From the IMG/VR virus record IMGVR_UViG_3300032257_000479, positions 64,001 to 128,000 of that record: DNA of 64,000 bases; one strand, 5' to 3'. Both the position numbers and the translations under genes were made by a program. Positions 26,238 to 37,097 of this stretch are shown in pieces; within the stretch, counting starts at the first letter, position 1, and each line of letters opens with the position of its first letter. This stretch comes from a virus. The notes beneath the pieces are model-generated. The model did no database searches, had not been told where the DNA came from, and saw only the letters and a list, made by a program, of their open reading frames with translations.

Positions 26238-29200
26238 TTAACGCCTCAGGCTTGCATTTGGGTCTTCAGATGCCGCTTTATTTCTGCGGTCAAGCTGAAA
26301 CAGTCCTTGAATCTTGCTGGTTAATTCCATTGTTGCATCTTTTGCGTTGCTTGATTCAGGTATTACCAATGCTGTCTCTGATCCTTGCGCTACGGTATTG
26401 AGTCCTTTTCGAACAAATCCGAACATTGCTTTTTCCATATCCAAGATTTGCTCTGATTCATAACGCTCTAGTTCTGCAATCTTAACAGGTAGTTGACCTA
26501 CTGTTATTTGCTTAGCTTCAAGCATTCGACCAGCTACTCGGATAGCAGCTTCTTTTCGAATTGACGAAGACTCCTCATTGCTACGCGCAATGACCGTGCC
26601 TTTAATATCTTCTTGTTTCTCAGGAGCGAATCGCTCGTTTTCAGGGCCTTTACCGCCGCCTGATGGTACTTCTGGTTGATGTTCAGGGGCTTTAGGAACA
26701 GCTCCAATGCTTTCCTCTTCGTGGCCCATGAACGCTCCTGAACCATCTTCTGGAACAGAAACTTTATCGCTCTCTTCTGAAGGAGTTATTTTTGAGCCTT
26801 CAGGAGTGTTTGGGTGATCTTTGTTATTAGATATTGGTTGAATATCCTTGTCTTCGCTAACAGGTTTAGCTTCATTCAACTTTTTGTCAGCTTCAATTAT
26901 CAATCTTTCAGCAAGACCGTTTTGCGAAGCTTTTGTTGAAGCCGCCTTACTGTTACCGGCTCCTTCTTCTCCGCCAGTGTAGTCATGACCCTTTTCTGGA
27001 GTATAACCTTGATCGGCTTCTCCGCCCATAGCTGATCCGCCTGCTGGAATTGTTGGAACATCAGTTTTAGCCAGGTCCTTTGACTCATGACCCATAGTTG
27101 CTCCGGAGCTTGGTGCGTCAGGATTTTCTGCTGTAAACTTTTCTTCATGACCCATAGTTGATCCATCTGAACCAGATATTGGGTTTATATCAGAATCGTC
27201 TTGAACATTTTTCTGAACTATGCTGCTTTCTCCGGCTTGCTTTGATAGCAAGCTTGAAACTGCGGATAGATCAAGACCTACAGAATGAGACTTAGCTATG
27301 CGACCTCTTTTGTATGTCTCTGCCATGCTAGATGCTTCTTTCATCTCGTCTCCCTCTTCTGTATCTTCTGTATTCTCAGAACTGTCGGAAGATTCCTTCC
27401 TAATTTCTTCATTTTCGCTAGAAGCGAATGAATCAGACATGCTCATGCTTTCTTCTTCAGCGTTATCTTCCTCTCCATCTGCCTCAAAACCGCCAGGTCC
27501 TCCGTCAAATGGATCGTCGTCATCGCCGCCATCATCGCCTTCTCCGCCCAACTCTTCTCCGATATCTTCGGTTATATCAACGGCAGTATCTAAAGCGTCT
27601 TCGGCAACATCGCTAATCTCAGAAGAAGCGTCTTCAGGTAAACCTAATGCTTCTTCGCCAGCTTCTTCGCCCATGCCGCTGTTGTCGCCTTCGAGAGCTT
27701 GAGCAATTTCGCTATTCAGTGTATGAAGAACTTCGAGAGGCAAACTTACGTCAACAAAACCGTCTGCTCCATCTTCTGAGAATGGATCAACATTTTCGTC
27801 AAAGCCGTCGCCGCCGTCAATATCAACATTAAATTCATCGCCAACTACGTCAACGTCTTCGTTGTTGCCCATGTCGTTCTCAAGTTCATCTGATAAAAAC
27901 TCAACAACTTGAGCATACTTGGTTCTTAATTGATCGCAAACAAAGCTTGATTGCTTAGCTGTAAATCCGCCTCGAATAAAATCTTCTAGACACATGATGC
28001 AGCCATCTGGCTCCATCCAATGATTTGCAATTTTAACAACCATGTTATCGCTGTAAATGCTTGCCTTGGAAAGACGCTTGCAAACTGCATCAGCAAGGTT
28101 ACATCCTTCATCAGGTCCGCTAAGAGCTATCGCATCTTCGCCGAAACGACGAGCAATTAGTTCTCTACATCTTTCTGTTGGGAATTTATCGCCAATGCTA
28201 TATGCTTTCTTGAATTCATTGAGAGTTCCGCTTTCAACAGATGCTGTCTTAACTCTGTTAAGAAGACCCTTATTGTTCATGGCAAGAATTGCTCTACCTC
28301 TATCAGCAAGAGTCATTGAATCAAATTCTGATTCATTGAGTCCAAAATCTTTCAAAGCTGAAGCAAATGTCTTTTTAGCTCTCTTGCATGAAACGCAATC
28401 TGAAGCTGCTGGACGATTCTTCCATTCCCATTGCATGTAAAGGTCATCGCCTTTCATTGCTTGGCGAATATTGTATCTATTTCCGGTTGTAAGACAGAAG
28501 TATTCTCCGTCTCCCATAGCCAAAGTATCAGTTGATCCTGTGTATGGGCTAACGCTTCCAAGGATAATGTTCTGTGAAGCAAGTTTTTCCATTGACTTGT
28601 CTGTTATTCTAGTGAAAGCTGCAACAGGTAGTTCCTGATCCATTCCTCCATCATCGATAGCCAAACCTTCGCCTCCGAAGTCTTCTTCTGCAGACTCTTC
28701 GCCTCCATCGTTATCCATTGTTCCTGGCCATTTGAGAACTTCGATATCAATCTTCATTGAATATTCAGCTCCACAGTTATTACATTGACCTTTTCCGGCA
28801 ATTATATCAACATCATCTGCTCCACAAACAGGACATATGCTGCCTGGAGGGGAAGCTTCAAGGTCTCCGGTTCCCTCGTCTTCGAATCCTTCATCGCCGC
28901 CAGCGTCAAAGCTTTCGATTGCTTCTCCGCCGCCGTCGCCAGGAGCTGCAGGCATTGACGCTCCTGCGCCTCCGCCTTCTCCGAGACCAGCAGGCATTTG
29001 TCCGCCCATCATCTGAGCTTCTTTCTCTAACTGTTCTCTATTTTCTTTTCTTGACGCAGTTTTTTCTTCTGAATCTTCATCTGAGTCATCTGTGTTGGCT
29101 GTTTTTGTTAAGCTAAGATTAGCGAATGCTGTTTTTTCTTCTTCAGTAGCAACTGAAGCTTCTTTTACGACAGCTTCAAAAATTCCAAGCTCTGCATCAA

Positions 29201-31913
29201 CGCTTACATTTGCAACTATAATGTCGCTTGTTTCTGTTTGAGTTTGAGCGTATGAAAGGATAGAGCTAATAAAAGCTTTCTTGTCGCTTGTATCAACTCC
29301 ATTTAAATCTTCGCTAATTGTTCCGCAAATCTTATATAAACCATCATCGCTATTATCAATTTCTGCAAAAGCTTGACGGAATTGTTCAGTTTTATCAACA
29401 ACAGTTTCAACAGTCTTTGTCGAAGCCATTTTCTCTAAAGCACTCTTTTCTGATGAAGCAAGAGCAACCTTGTCATTTGCAACAAAAGCAACTGCATCAA
29501 TAAAATCAGAAGCTGAAGCAAATTTAATGTTATCTCCCATTGCTGCCAATAGGCCGTCTATAGCATTTGTTGAAGATGTTCTTCCTGCAACTTTTCCAAA
29601 ATAGCTATCTCTTTCGTTTTGAGATTTTCTTTCTGCAATTTTTGCTGGGATAGCATTAACAAGAGTGAGATAAGCTGCTTTCATTTCATGCTTAGGAGTC
29701 GCTGAGAACGCCGAAACAGCCTGTCTTACATCTGTTGGAGTCAAACCGTAGTTTGCAATCGCATCAGATACTGCATTAGAAGCTGCTGTAACAAGGGCTT
29801 TTGCGTCAAACGATGCAGCCTTCCATCTAGCGGTATCTCCGCCATGAGGAAGTGTTGATCCTTGATTCGCAAGTTGTTCTTGAGTAATAAACTCTGGGTC
29901 TACCCAACTGTGAGAATCTCTCAAGCCAATAAGTTGAGCTTGAGTTGTTGATTCTGTCCAATCTTCAGGAAGTATAGATGACACAAGACGACTCATTTCG
30001 TCCCATTGTTTCTCTGTTATAACTTCCGGGTATGAACTCCAACGTGACATTGGATATTCTTTTATTTCTTCAAGCTGAGCTTGTGTTATAAATTCATACG
30101 GAGCGTCAAGTCGAACCTGAGGAGAATCAGTAGAGGTGTTATTAGTTCTTTCAGAACCACCTATTTGATCTGCTCCTTCAGTAATCGTCTCATAATGAGT
30201 TTCTTGACGACCATGAAGTTCAAGGTTTGCTTTATCAAGCTGCTTCTGAGTAATTACCTCAGTATGCTCTTCGTTCACTCCTGAACCTGCTGCTGTTTTA
30301 TTTTCTTTAGCCATGGTTAAATCAGACTCCTTTTCAAGACTTAACAGAATTGATTGAGCGGCTTCCGTTGGATTGCTATCCATTAGGTTCCGCATGTTAT
30401 TATCATACTTATCGGCAGAAACCCAACTTACAAGTTTTGAGCCATGCCATTCTCCAACACACAATTCGCCGTTATCTGTTTTGGCTATTGCTATTTTTCT
30501 ATTGTTTAACGAAGCTTCACAGATAGTTTCTGAATTATTAGCTCGTCTTTCTTCGAATTCCAAAAGCTTATTTGCCCATTTTAGACCAACATTAACATGT
30601 TGTAGCTTCTGTTGTATCATGTTGCTTGATTCTTTTATTAAATCCTCCCCATTATCCTGAGAAGCGGCAGAAAAATTAGGACGAGTTACTGTTCCAACTT
30701 CTGGGGCAGGAGAAGATTCAACTCCTGAAACTTGAGGTTGAGGAGCTTGTTGCTGCTGTCCTGAACCTATTTGGTCAGGAGAAACTTGCTCAGATCCTGA
30801 ATCTCCATCAGCAGGAGAAGCTAACGCATCAGTCCCAAAAGCTATCTCGTTTTCGCTTGGCGAAGGAAGAGCGTTGTATCCCATCTCGATAAGCTCATCT
30901 GTGTATCCTTGCAAATCGGCCAAAACCTCAACAAGATCGCTTGCGTATTCCATATCAACTTGTTGTTTTTGAGCAAGAATTGATCTAGTAACTTTTTCAA
31001 TAAGATTCATAGCATCATTAAGTGCTTGAATTTCTGTTTTACCAGCAGTCTTCTCTATCTTATTGCCATTTATTCCGCTCTCGTACCTAGAAGCAACCTT
31101 CTTAAGCTCTCCTAATTGAGATGCCATTTTCTGTTCAATATTGCCAACATTAAGGATGTCGCAAACCAAACAATCATGACAAGCTGGATTAACAACGAAT
31201 GAATCTTCAATGAACTTTATGTCATAGTTCCATTCAAATACTTGAGCTTCTTTGTGATCAAGCATTTCTTCTGCGTCTATTTTTTTGCCTGTAAGCGGAT
31301 CATTATCTTCAGGCTTGCAATTGCTGTCGTGGTAAGCATTTTTTACTGAACCAGAAAACTGTCTAGTCTTTTGGTTTTTTACATGTGAACAGAAGTCGTC
31401 TGCTGTATGAGCTTTATTGTGACATATTGAACACAAAGAGAACCCAACTTGAGCCCCCATTGATGTTCCAGATATATAACCTTCTTGTATTCCTCTTGCT
31501 AATTGAGGATAAGCAACCTTATCAACTCTATTTATGCAATAAATGCCGCCTGCTGAATCGTCATACCAAGCATGGATAACTTTGCCTCTTGATTTTTCAA
31601 CATCATCATTTTGGTGATTAACAAATACAGGGCAATCTATAAATGTATGAGCAGCTCTTTTTAATTCGGATTCAGAAAAAGCATCTCCGTTGTCATTGAC
31701 TTCGTCTTTTTTTATAGCAAAAACTTTAACAAATAGGTGCTCTGGATTCTCTTTTGCTGCTGCAGCTATATCAAACCCATCGAGGTCTATTTTCTTTGTT
31801 TTTGATATGGATGCAAATTTCTCTAAAGCTGTAGTATTTATCGTATCCCAATTTTCTGGAACATTCAATGCCACAATTGGCATGTTATGCGAGCTTTTTT
31901 TATACATTGTCAT
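26238..31913 (-). CDS. prohead (capsid maturation) protease fused to a very long scaffold
   Basis: N.NGD.F...EL, TF...PVFVNH, G.I.GTSMG, CSIC, F.E.SFV..PA; followed by about 1600 aa of acidic repeats and a zinc ribbon (CPVC..CNNC). Confidence 0.85.
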   Translation of the reverse strand: MTMYKKSSHNMPIVALNVPENWDTINTTALEKFASISKTKKIDLDGFDIAAAAKENPEHLFVKVFAIKKDEVNDNGDAFSESELKRAAHTFIDCPVFVNHQNDDVEKSRGKVIHAWYDDSAGGIYCINRVDKVAYPQLARGIQEGYISGTSMGAQVGFSLCSICHNKAHTADDFCSHVKNQKTRQFSGSVKNAYHDSNCKPEDNDPLTGKKIDAEEMLDHKEAQVFEWNYDIKFIEDSFVVNPACHDCLVCDILNVGNIEQKMASQLGELKKVASRYESGINGNKIEKTAGKTEIQALNDAMNLIEKVTRSILAQKQQVDMEYASDLVEVLADLQGYTDELIEMGYNALPSPSENEIAFGTDALASPADGDSGSEQVSPDQIGSGQQQQAPQPQVSGVESSPAPEVGTVTRPNFSAASQDNGEDLIKESSNMIQQKLQHVNVGLKWANKLLEFEERRANNSETICEASLNNRKIAIAKTDNGELCVGEWHGSKLVSWVSADKYDNNMRNLMDSNPTEAAQSILLSLEKESDLTMAKENKTAAGSGVNEEHTEVITQKQLDKANLELHGRQETHYETITEGADQIGGSERTNNTSTDSPQVRLDAPYEFITQAQLEEIKEYPMSRWSSYPEVITEKQWDEMSRLVSSILPEDWTESTTQAQLIGLRDSHSWVDPEFITQEQLANQGSTLPHGGDTARWKAASFDAKALVTAASNAVSDAIANYGLTPTDVRQAVSAFSATPKHEMKAAYLTLVNAIPAKIAERKSQNERDSYFGKVAGRTSSTNAIDGLLAAMGDNIKFASASDFIDAVAFVANDKVALASSEKSALEKMASTKTVETVVDKTEQFRQAFAEIDNSDDGLYKICGTISEDLNGVDTSDKKAFISSILSYAQTQTETSDIIVANVSVDAELGIFEAVVKEASVATEEEKTAFANLSLTKTANTDDSDEDSEEKTASRKENREQLEKEAQMMGGQMPAGLGEGGGAGASMPAAPGDGGGEAIESFDAGGDEGFEDEGTGDLEASPPGSICPVCGADDVDIIAGKGQCNNCGAEYSMKIDIEVLKWPGTMDNDGGEESAEEDFGGEGLAIDDGGMDQELPVAAFTRITDKSMEKLASQNIILGSVSPYTGSTDTLAMGDGEYFCLTTGNRYNIRQAMKGDDLYMQWEWKNRPAASDCVSCKRAKKTFASALKDFGLNESEFDSMTLADRGRAILAMNNKGLLNRVKTASVESGTLNEFKKAYSIGDKFPTERCRELIARRFGEDAIALSGPDEGCNLADAVCKRLSKASIYSDNMVVKIANHWMEPDGCIMCLEDFIRGGFTAKQSSFVCDQLRTKYAQVVEFLSDELENDMGNNEDVDVVGDEFNVDIDGGDGFDENVDPFSEDGADGFVDVSLPLEVLHTLNSEIAQALEGDNSGMGEEAGEEALGLPEDASSEISDVAEDALDTAVDITEDIGEELGGEGDDGGDDDDPFDGGPGGFEADGEEDNAEEESMSMSDSFASSENEEIRKESSDSSENTEDTEEGDEMKEASSMAETYKRGRIAKSHSVGLDLSAVSSLLSKQAGESSIVQKNVQDDSDINPISGSDGSTMGHEEKFTAENPDAPSSGATMGHESKDLAKTDVPTIPAGGSAMGGEADQGYTPEKGHDYTGGEEGAGNSKAASTKASQNGLAERLIIEADKKLNEAKPVSEDKDIQPISNNKDHPNTPEGSKITPSEESDKVSVPEDGSGAFMGHEEESIGAVPKAPEHQPEVPSGGGKGPENERFAPEKQEDIKGTVIARSNEESSSIRKEAAIRVAGRMLEAKQITVGQLPVKIAELERYESEQILDMEKAMFGFVRKGLNTVAQGSETALVIPESSNAKDATMELTSKIQGLFQLDRRNKAASEDPNASLRR

Positions 31914-31956
31914 AAATAGTCCTCTTGTAACTTATAATAAGTCCGTATTAAGTATT

Positions 31957-31983
31957 GATTCAAAAATTAATAATAAAATCCTT
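31957..31983 (-). promoter_or_regulatory. putative phage promoter AAGG-N15-TTTGAATC
   Basis: Variant of the recurrent motif, upstream of the protease gene. Confidence 0.35.
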
Positions 31984-31986
31984 TAA

Positions 31987-33897
31987 TCAAAGGCGAAAAC
32001 GGTTTATCATTTTTTTAACATTAGTTGATGCAATCCTGCTATCATTGATATCTGGTTGCGTGTTATTTATCGGCACATTTGGTTGATTAACAGGTTGCTG
32101 CATATCAGGAGCAGGTTGCTGCATATTATTATCTACAATATTTGGCAACTTAGGGGCCGGAACATTCTGTCCGATATCCATGTTCATTGCTCCCTCAAGA
32201 GCCTTCATTGCTGCTGTTGCAGTTCTCTCTCCAATCTCGAACGCCGCTGTATCTCCGCCGTATCTATTTTTGGCATATTCAAATGCCAAATGGATATCAG
32301 CAAAACCCTTACTATTGTTTTTCTTAGGGTTACTCTTTCTTCCTTGAGACTTCAGTTTTGATTCTTGATATTCATCAACAAGAACAAGCCATTCTGTTCC
32401 TCTGTTTACTACAGGGATTGTTGATTGATCATCTGGGTTTACCATTGTTTCTGGGGTTGCAAATCCTGGTCTAGTTGTGGTTTGACCGGCTCCCATGTTT
32501 TCTGTATTTGAAAATTTTGGACCAATAGTAATAGTATGGTATCCGCCAAGTTCAACTTGACCATGACCTCTCATTCTATCTATGTCGCCTCTAAGCATTC
32601 TTAATGCAGCAATACTTGTTGGATTTGAATATGGGTCATTCTGGTCTCCCATTATTGCTTTTTTGGCTTTATTGCTTATTGACCATCTACCCATGTTTCC
32701 TGAACCTGCTTTTTGATCTTTCTGCTCTTCTCTCATTTTTGGAGCTGCAACGCCTTGAGTTCCTCTTAGCATACTAGGGTTTATTATTTGTTCAACAATA
32801 GCTTTTGATAATGGGGCCTCGTCTCCAGATTTTCTATTTTTCGCGAAAAAAGTTCCATCATCTGCAAGCATAAACTGCCAAAGAGTATTATCTTTTCTTG
32901 CATCAAGAATGCTCTGGTTTTGATTTTCAATATGATTAATAATATCAGGGTTTTTCTCTTTGCCAGTATTTCTTATCTGTCTAGCATTTTGAACCCTTGA
33001 CCCTTGAGGGCCATCCGGTAATATAATATTAGTCGAGTTTGGCCTAAGACCGCCTCGACCGCCTGATATCCCTATTCCATGACCAACAAAAAACTTCTCC
33101 ATATTAGTGCCTGATTGATGACCAAGAAAGCTCATTAAGCCATCATCTCTCTTATAGAAATTGTTATAATTATTTACCTTTGATTGAGAATCAGTGTCAC
33201 CTTCTTCGGCTTCGCTTTGAGAATCAATATTCTCAAGCTGTCCTTTGCCGCCGCCAGATTCAGAATTGGTATCGATAAACAGACCAAACCCGCCAGACTG
33301 AGTTGGCGAAATAACAACAGGGCCAAATCCGATTGTCTTTGTTCTTGCCAATTCAGGATTTGTGATCGTACTAACTTTTGCGCTCTGACTAGCTCCAACA
33401 TCTTGTATATCTTCTCCAAACTGATCCTTCCAAGCATAAGCATGAAAACTTAACCAAAAATCAGTTCCTATTTGTTTGTCATCTTCTTTGTCATTAGATG
33501 TCAAAACAATATTGTTCTTTTTAGCAAAATCCAATGTCTTCTGCTGTTCAGGAGAAAGCTCTGATCCGTCAGGTAAATCATCCCCAATGAAGTTTGGAGC
33601 AAATGCGGTAAATATCATTCCCTTGAACGCTGTCAAAGTTTGATCTGTTGCTTTGTTTTTTGCGAACTGAGAAAAACTGTCTTTAAAAGTAGATCTTTGG
33701 TTAGATATCTGCGCAACCATATCTGATGGCAACTTAGAATTAGCAAAACTTCCATCTTGATACATTTGCCACTGAAGACCTCTTTCGGAAAGCTGTCCAC
33801 CCATCCCTGACCACATACCCATATCTGCTTGTTTGGCTAGGCCTGCCTGCTTTACAAGGTTTCTGTATAATGATTTTAAATTCTTATTATTCATCAA
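31987..33897 (-). CDS. hypothetical protein, candidate internal head protein
   Basis: 636 aa; N-terminal VKQAG/AKQAD and C-terminal RIAS motifs; between portal and protease. Confidence 0.75.
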   Translation of the reverse strand: MMNNKNLKSLYRNLVKQAGLAKQADMGMWSGMGGQLSERGLQWQMYQDGSFANSKLPSDMVAQISNQRSTFKDSFSQFAKNKATDQTLTAFKGMIFTAFAPNFIGDDLPDGSELSPEQQKTLDFAKKNNIVLTSNDKEDDKQIGTDFWLSFHAYAWKDQFGEDIQDVGASQSAKVSTITNPELARTKTIGFGPVVISPTQSGGFGLFIDTNSESGGGKGQLENIDSQSEAEEGDTDSQSKVNNYNNFYKRDDGLMSFLGHQSGTNMEKFFVGHGIGISGGRGGLRPNSTNIILPDGPQGSRVQNARQIRNTGKEKNPDIINHIENQNQSILDARKDNTLWQFMLADDGTFFAKNRKSGDEAPLSKAIVEQIINPSMLRGTQGVAAPKMREEQKDQKAGSGNMGRWSISNKAKKAIMGDQNDPYSNPTSIAALRMLRGDIDRMRGHGQVELGGYHTITIGPKFSNTENMGAGQTTTRPGFATPETMVNPDDQSTIPVVNRGTEWLVLVDEYQESKLKSQGRKSNPKKNNSKGFADIHLAFEYAKNRYGGDTAAFEIGERTATAAMKALEGAMNMDIGQNVPAPKLPNIVDNNMQQPAPDMQQPVNQPNVPINNTQPDINDSRIASTNVKKMINRFRL

Positions 33898-34341
33898 TTA
33901 CCCCTTAACGTGTCTCGGAATATCAACTGTCGCTAAATCATCAACAGTGTAATTTTGTAAGTCTCTTTTCATGGGAACTCCCCACTTCTCTGTAGCATAA
34001 GCATGAGCAGCTTTCATCGTCTTGAAGTACTCTCCATAAGGAGAATATGTCTTGCCTTCCCTTTCGCTTGGGGGAGGAAGTCTCTTAATACCTGCAAAAA
34101 ATCTTTTTCCCATACTTTTATGTATGGATGGCCCAAGAACAATATAATAATCTGAGTTCGTTGTATGGTCATGTCCCTCGTATCTTAAATATGAGCCTGT
34201 ACCTATCACCTTATCAAATTTCTCTTTCATATTTAGAGTTTTATCTTCATAAGACTCTTCCCAGCGTATGCCTCTGTCTTTAATTTTCTTCCTACCACCA
34301 GTATGTTCTGATTCTTTTTGTAGATTAAAGACTTCTTGCAT
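33898..34341 (-). CDS. hypothetical protein
   Basis: 147 aa; leader MQEVFNLQKES. Confidence 0.75.
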   Translation of the reverse strand: MQEVFNLQKESEHTGGRKKIKDRGIRWEESYEDKTLNMKEKFDKVIGTGSYLRYEGHDHTTNSDYYIVLGPSIHKSMGKRFFAGIKRLPPPSEREGKTYSPYGEYFKTMKAAHAYATEKWGVPMKRDLQNYTVDDLATVDIPRHVKG

Positions 34342-36605
34342 TATTCACCCTCAGCTATTGGACTGCTTTTTAATACACTACATTTAAACAGGTCCGTATG
34401 AACACTTGATGTTTTGTACTTATTTATAGTTGTTGCTGATTTTGAGTTCGTTTTCCTTCTTTGTTCCAGAGCCATCTGTATGTTCTCTGCTAACAAATTT
34501 TCAACTCCTGCAACATTCTCGTTCAAAGCGGTCTCTGATACCCTTATTACAGTCCAACCCATTTGAGCTAAATTCTTATCTCTATTTTGGTCGCCTGCAA
34601 CATCATCCTCTGATGAATGCCATTTCTCTCCATCAGCTTCAATGTTCAGTCCCAACTCAGGAAAAGCGAAATCTAACAAATAAGGCTGTTGTTGACCAGG
34701 GACCTGGTATTTATATTGAGCATAAATTTGATAAGGCAACCCCATGCCAGATAAGATTCTATAAACCTTAGCTTCAGGCTTTGTTAACTGAACCGATTGA
34801 GTTTTCATTGCTTCCTGAGCAGCCTCTTCTGCTTCTTTGGATGCTTTGTCATTACCTTTGCCTCTCTTAGTTACCCTCTGTGGATCAGCTCCTGCCGCTG
34901 CTGGCATTCCGCCAGGCATCGGTGCTCCGCCAGGCATTGGCGCTCCGCCTGCCATAGGATCGGCTCCCGGCATCCCTCCTGCCGCTGGATCTCCAGGCAT
35001 GCCTCCACCCATTGGTGCTCCGCCTGCCATAGGGTCAGCTCCTGGAGGTCCTCCTGCGGCTCCTCCTGGTGCTCCGCCTGCTACTGCTCCATTTGCCATT
35101 GTTTGAACTTGCTCTTCTCTAATTCTTTCTACCTCTTGATCATAATCAAGATCGAATAATTCAAGTAGCGTTTGAGTTGATATAGTTCCATTCTGATGAA
35201 GGTTCATTGCCATTTGCATTTTATTAGTAGGGTCTCTAAGTTTTAGATCATCCCATTTCATTTTTGGGTATAAATAAACTGTTTCGCCTGCAATCTCACT
35301 CTCTTCTTCATCTATGAATCCCTGCATTTTCGCAACCGGCAAAAAGATATTCTTTTCAACCCATTGCGAAAGTTCATTTCTCCATGATTCAAGACGACGA
35401 ATAAGCATTTCAACACCAACCTGAGCTGATGAATAACCACTCATCTCTCCGTTCAAAAGAGCTTGGTTAAGCATAAGCCCATCAAGTATTTCTTTTCCGA
35501 TTTGCTCTACTTCATTTGTTATGTTATGAATTTTACCTGTTGCTCCATACCATTCATATTCAAATGCATGGTGAGTAACAATTGTTAAGTTGGGATCATT
35601 CGCAACTGCACCCAATTGCTGTACAACATCAGCAATATCGTCCTCATTCGCTGGACGATTGGGTTCTCCAACTTTTACAACTCTAACAGGAAGTATAAGC
35701 CTTTCAGCGGTTATCCAGTTTGCTGTCATAAGTTTTGTCTTGTATGCCAAAACGGTAAACAGTCTTCTAAGAAGAGAGTCCCCGTAGGTTCCATATGGCG
35801 AACCGCCGTGCTTTATGTGACTTGTAACATTATTGGATAAACGAATAGGCCTTCCTGCTGCTACAAGTTTCTTTATGTTTTCTGGCAATCTTTTGTAAAC
35901 AGATTCCGGTTGTTTGGTCATAACAATTTTTTTCAACTCATCGTCAGGTAACATGACAATCTCAGGTTCGTCTGCTAACGGAGTTGTATATACTTCAACC
36001 CAATCTGGATTTAAGACCATCACTCTTTTAAATGTCCCATCAGCATGAGTGGGAGCTTCGCCTGGACCTAAATCTGTTTCGCCTCTTGTGTCAGGAGAAT
36101 CTATTTCCATAAATACGAAAACGTCTCCTAGCAGAAAGCGCTCATGACTAATAAGTCTGAGCCACTTAAACAGTTCAAGATTATCCGCCAATCTTTCATA
36201 GAATCTTGTAATATTCTTCTTTTTGCATTCCAGTTTAAATCCGTTTATCGGAAACTGTGAATAGAAATCTATACCTGCCGCAACCTTTGGCTCATTTTCG
36301 TAGTAAAATCGAGACCACTGATAAACCTCCCTTCTCTTACTAGCTATTTGCCAGTTCTGAGGAGTATGCAGCGGGGAAAAGAACATTGGCTGAGTCATCG
36401 TAACCGAAGCTCCACCACCAATAGCTTGAGCTGCTCTGGTTAAAGGAACAGATACAACATCTCCGTTACTATATGGCGCTGCAGCTCCATTTGAATTTAC
36501 TATTTTTGCGGCAGGCTTTACAACTGTTTGACCTTTCGCTGCTGCTTGAATCGCTTTAGTCTTCTTTGTTGGCATCTGCATTTTTATTGGCTTATTTTTT
36601 GCCAT
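34341..36605 (-). CDS. portal protein with C-terminal DUF559/Vsr-like endonuclease domain
   Basis: Portal core (R.YY..EP.V...ID....FP, LNPD.V, S.Y..YG.S, P.R.VK.G); Gly/Pro/Met linker; DFAFP..L.IE.DG..WH...D..RD..L...GW.VIRV. Confidence 0.85.
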   Translation of the reverse strand: MAKNKPIKMQMPTKKTKAIQAAAKGQTVVKPAAKIVNSNGAAAPYSNGDVVSVPLTRAAQAIGGGASVTMTQPMFFSPLHTPQNWQIASKRREVYQWSRFYYENEPKVAAGIDFYSQFPINGFKLECKKKNITRFYERLADNLELFKWLRLISHERFLLGDVFVFMEIDSPDTRGETDLGPGEAPTHADGTFKRVMVLNPDWVEVYTTPLADEPEIVMLPDDELKKIVMTKQPESVYKRLPENIKKLVAAGRPIRLSNNVTSHIKHGGSPYGTYGDSLLRRLFTVLAYKTKLMTANWITAERLILPVRVVKVGEPNRPANEDDIADVVQQLGAVANDPNLTIVTHHAFEYEWYGATGKIHNITNEVEQIGKEILDGLMLNQALLNGEMSGYSSAQVGVEMLIRRLESWRNELSQWVEKNIFLPVAKMQGFIDEEESEIAGETVYLYPKMKWDDLKLRDPTNKMQMAMNLHQNGTISTQTLLELFDLDYDQEVERIREEQVQTMANGAVAGGAPGGAAGGPPGADPMAGGAPMGGGMPGDPAAGGMPGADPMAGGAPMPGGAPMPGGMPAAAGADPQRVTKRGKGNDKASKEAEEAAQEAMKTQSVQLTKPEAKVYRILSGMGLPYQIYAQYKYQVPGQQQPYLLDFAFPELGLNIEADGEKWHSSEDDVAGDQNRDKNLAQMGWTVIRVSETALNENVAGVENLLAENIQMALEQRRKTNSKSATTINKYKTSSVHTDLFKCSVLKSSPIAEGE

Positions 36606-36620
36606 AATTGTTTATTCCTT

Positions 36621-37097
36621 TTATAGACCTAAATCATCTCCAGATTCCCGTATCTGTTGTAGTTGATTGTTATCTATTGAATCGACATTTTCGTCTGATA
36701 GTTCTTCGTGCAATGGGAATTTTTTAGTTCTTCTATTGAAGCTTTCAGGTATATCCATTTTCACTAATTTGTTATTAGTTGGCATATTTTGAGATGCTCT
36801 CCCCATTGGAGCAACAGAAACAAGCGGATTACCTTGTTTCCCCTTCTGAACAGGCGACTTATCTACCATTTGAGTGTTTCCGCCAAGCGAAGCTCCACAA
36901 CCTTGAGGGTTACAATGAGTTGCATTGGGGCTATTTGTTTTTCCGCATACAGGGCAAGTTTTCTTCATAGAAGGGGCCAGCGCCTTATTTGCCTCTCCAC
37001 CTGTTTGTCCTGGTTCACGCAGAAAAAGCGGCTCAATAGCGAATGGATCGCTTTTTGGCCGCCCGACTGTTCCTGGAGCTATATCAGCTACTTTTAT
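36621..37097 (-). CDS. zinc-ribbon protein, probably the -1 frameshift extension of 37094..38617 (track start 36968)
   Basis: Frame is open from the A11 run to 36621; CPVC...HC...C motif; no obvious RBS at 36968. Confidence 0.6.
   Translation of the reverse strand: MKVADIAPGTVGRPKSDPFAIEPLFLREPGQTGGEANKALAPSMKKTCPVCGKTNSPNATHCNPQGCGASLGGNTQMVDKSPVQKGKQGNPLVSVAPMGRASQNMPTNNKLVKMDIPESFNRRTKKFPLHEELSDENVDSIDNNQLQQIRESGDDLGL

Noticed and set aside
34460-34790. Intein-associated homing nuclease in the portal
   Set aside because: No N-terminal Cys/Ser block or His-Asn splice junction; the domain is terminal and follows a low-complexity linker
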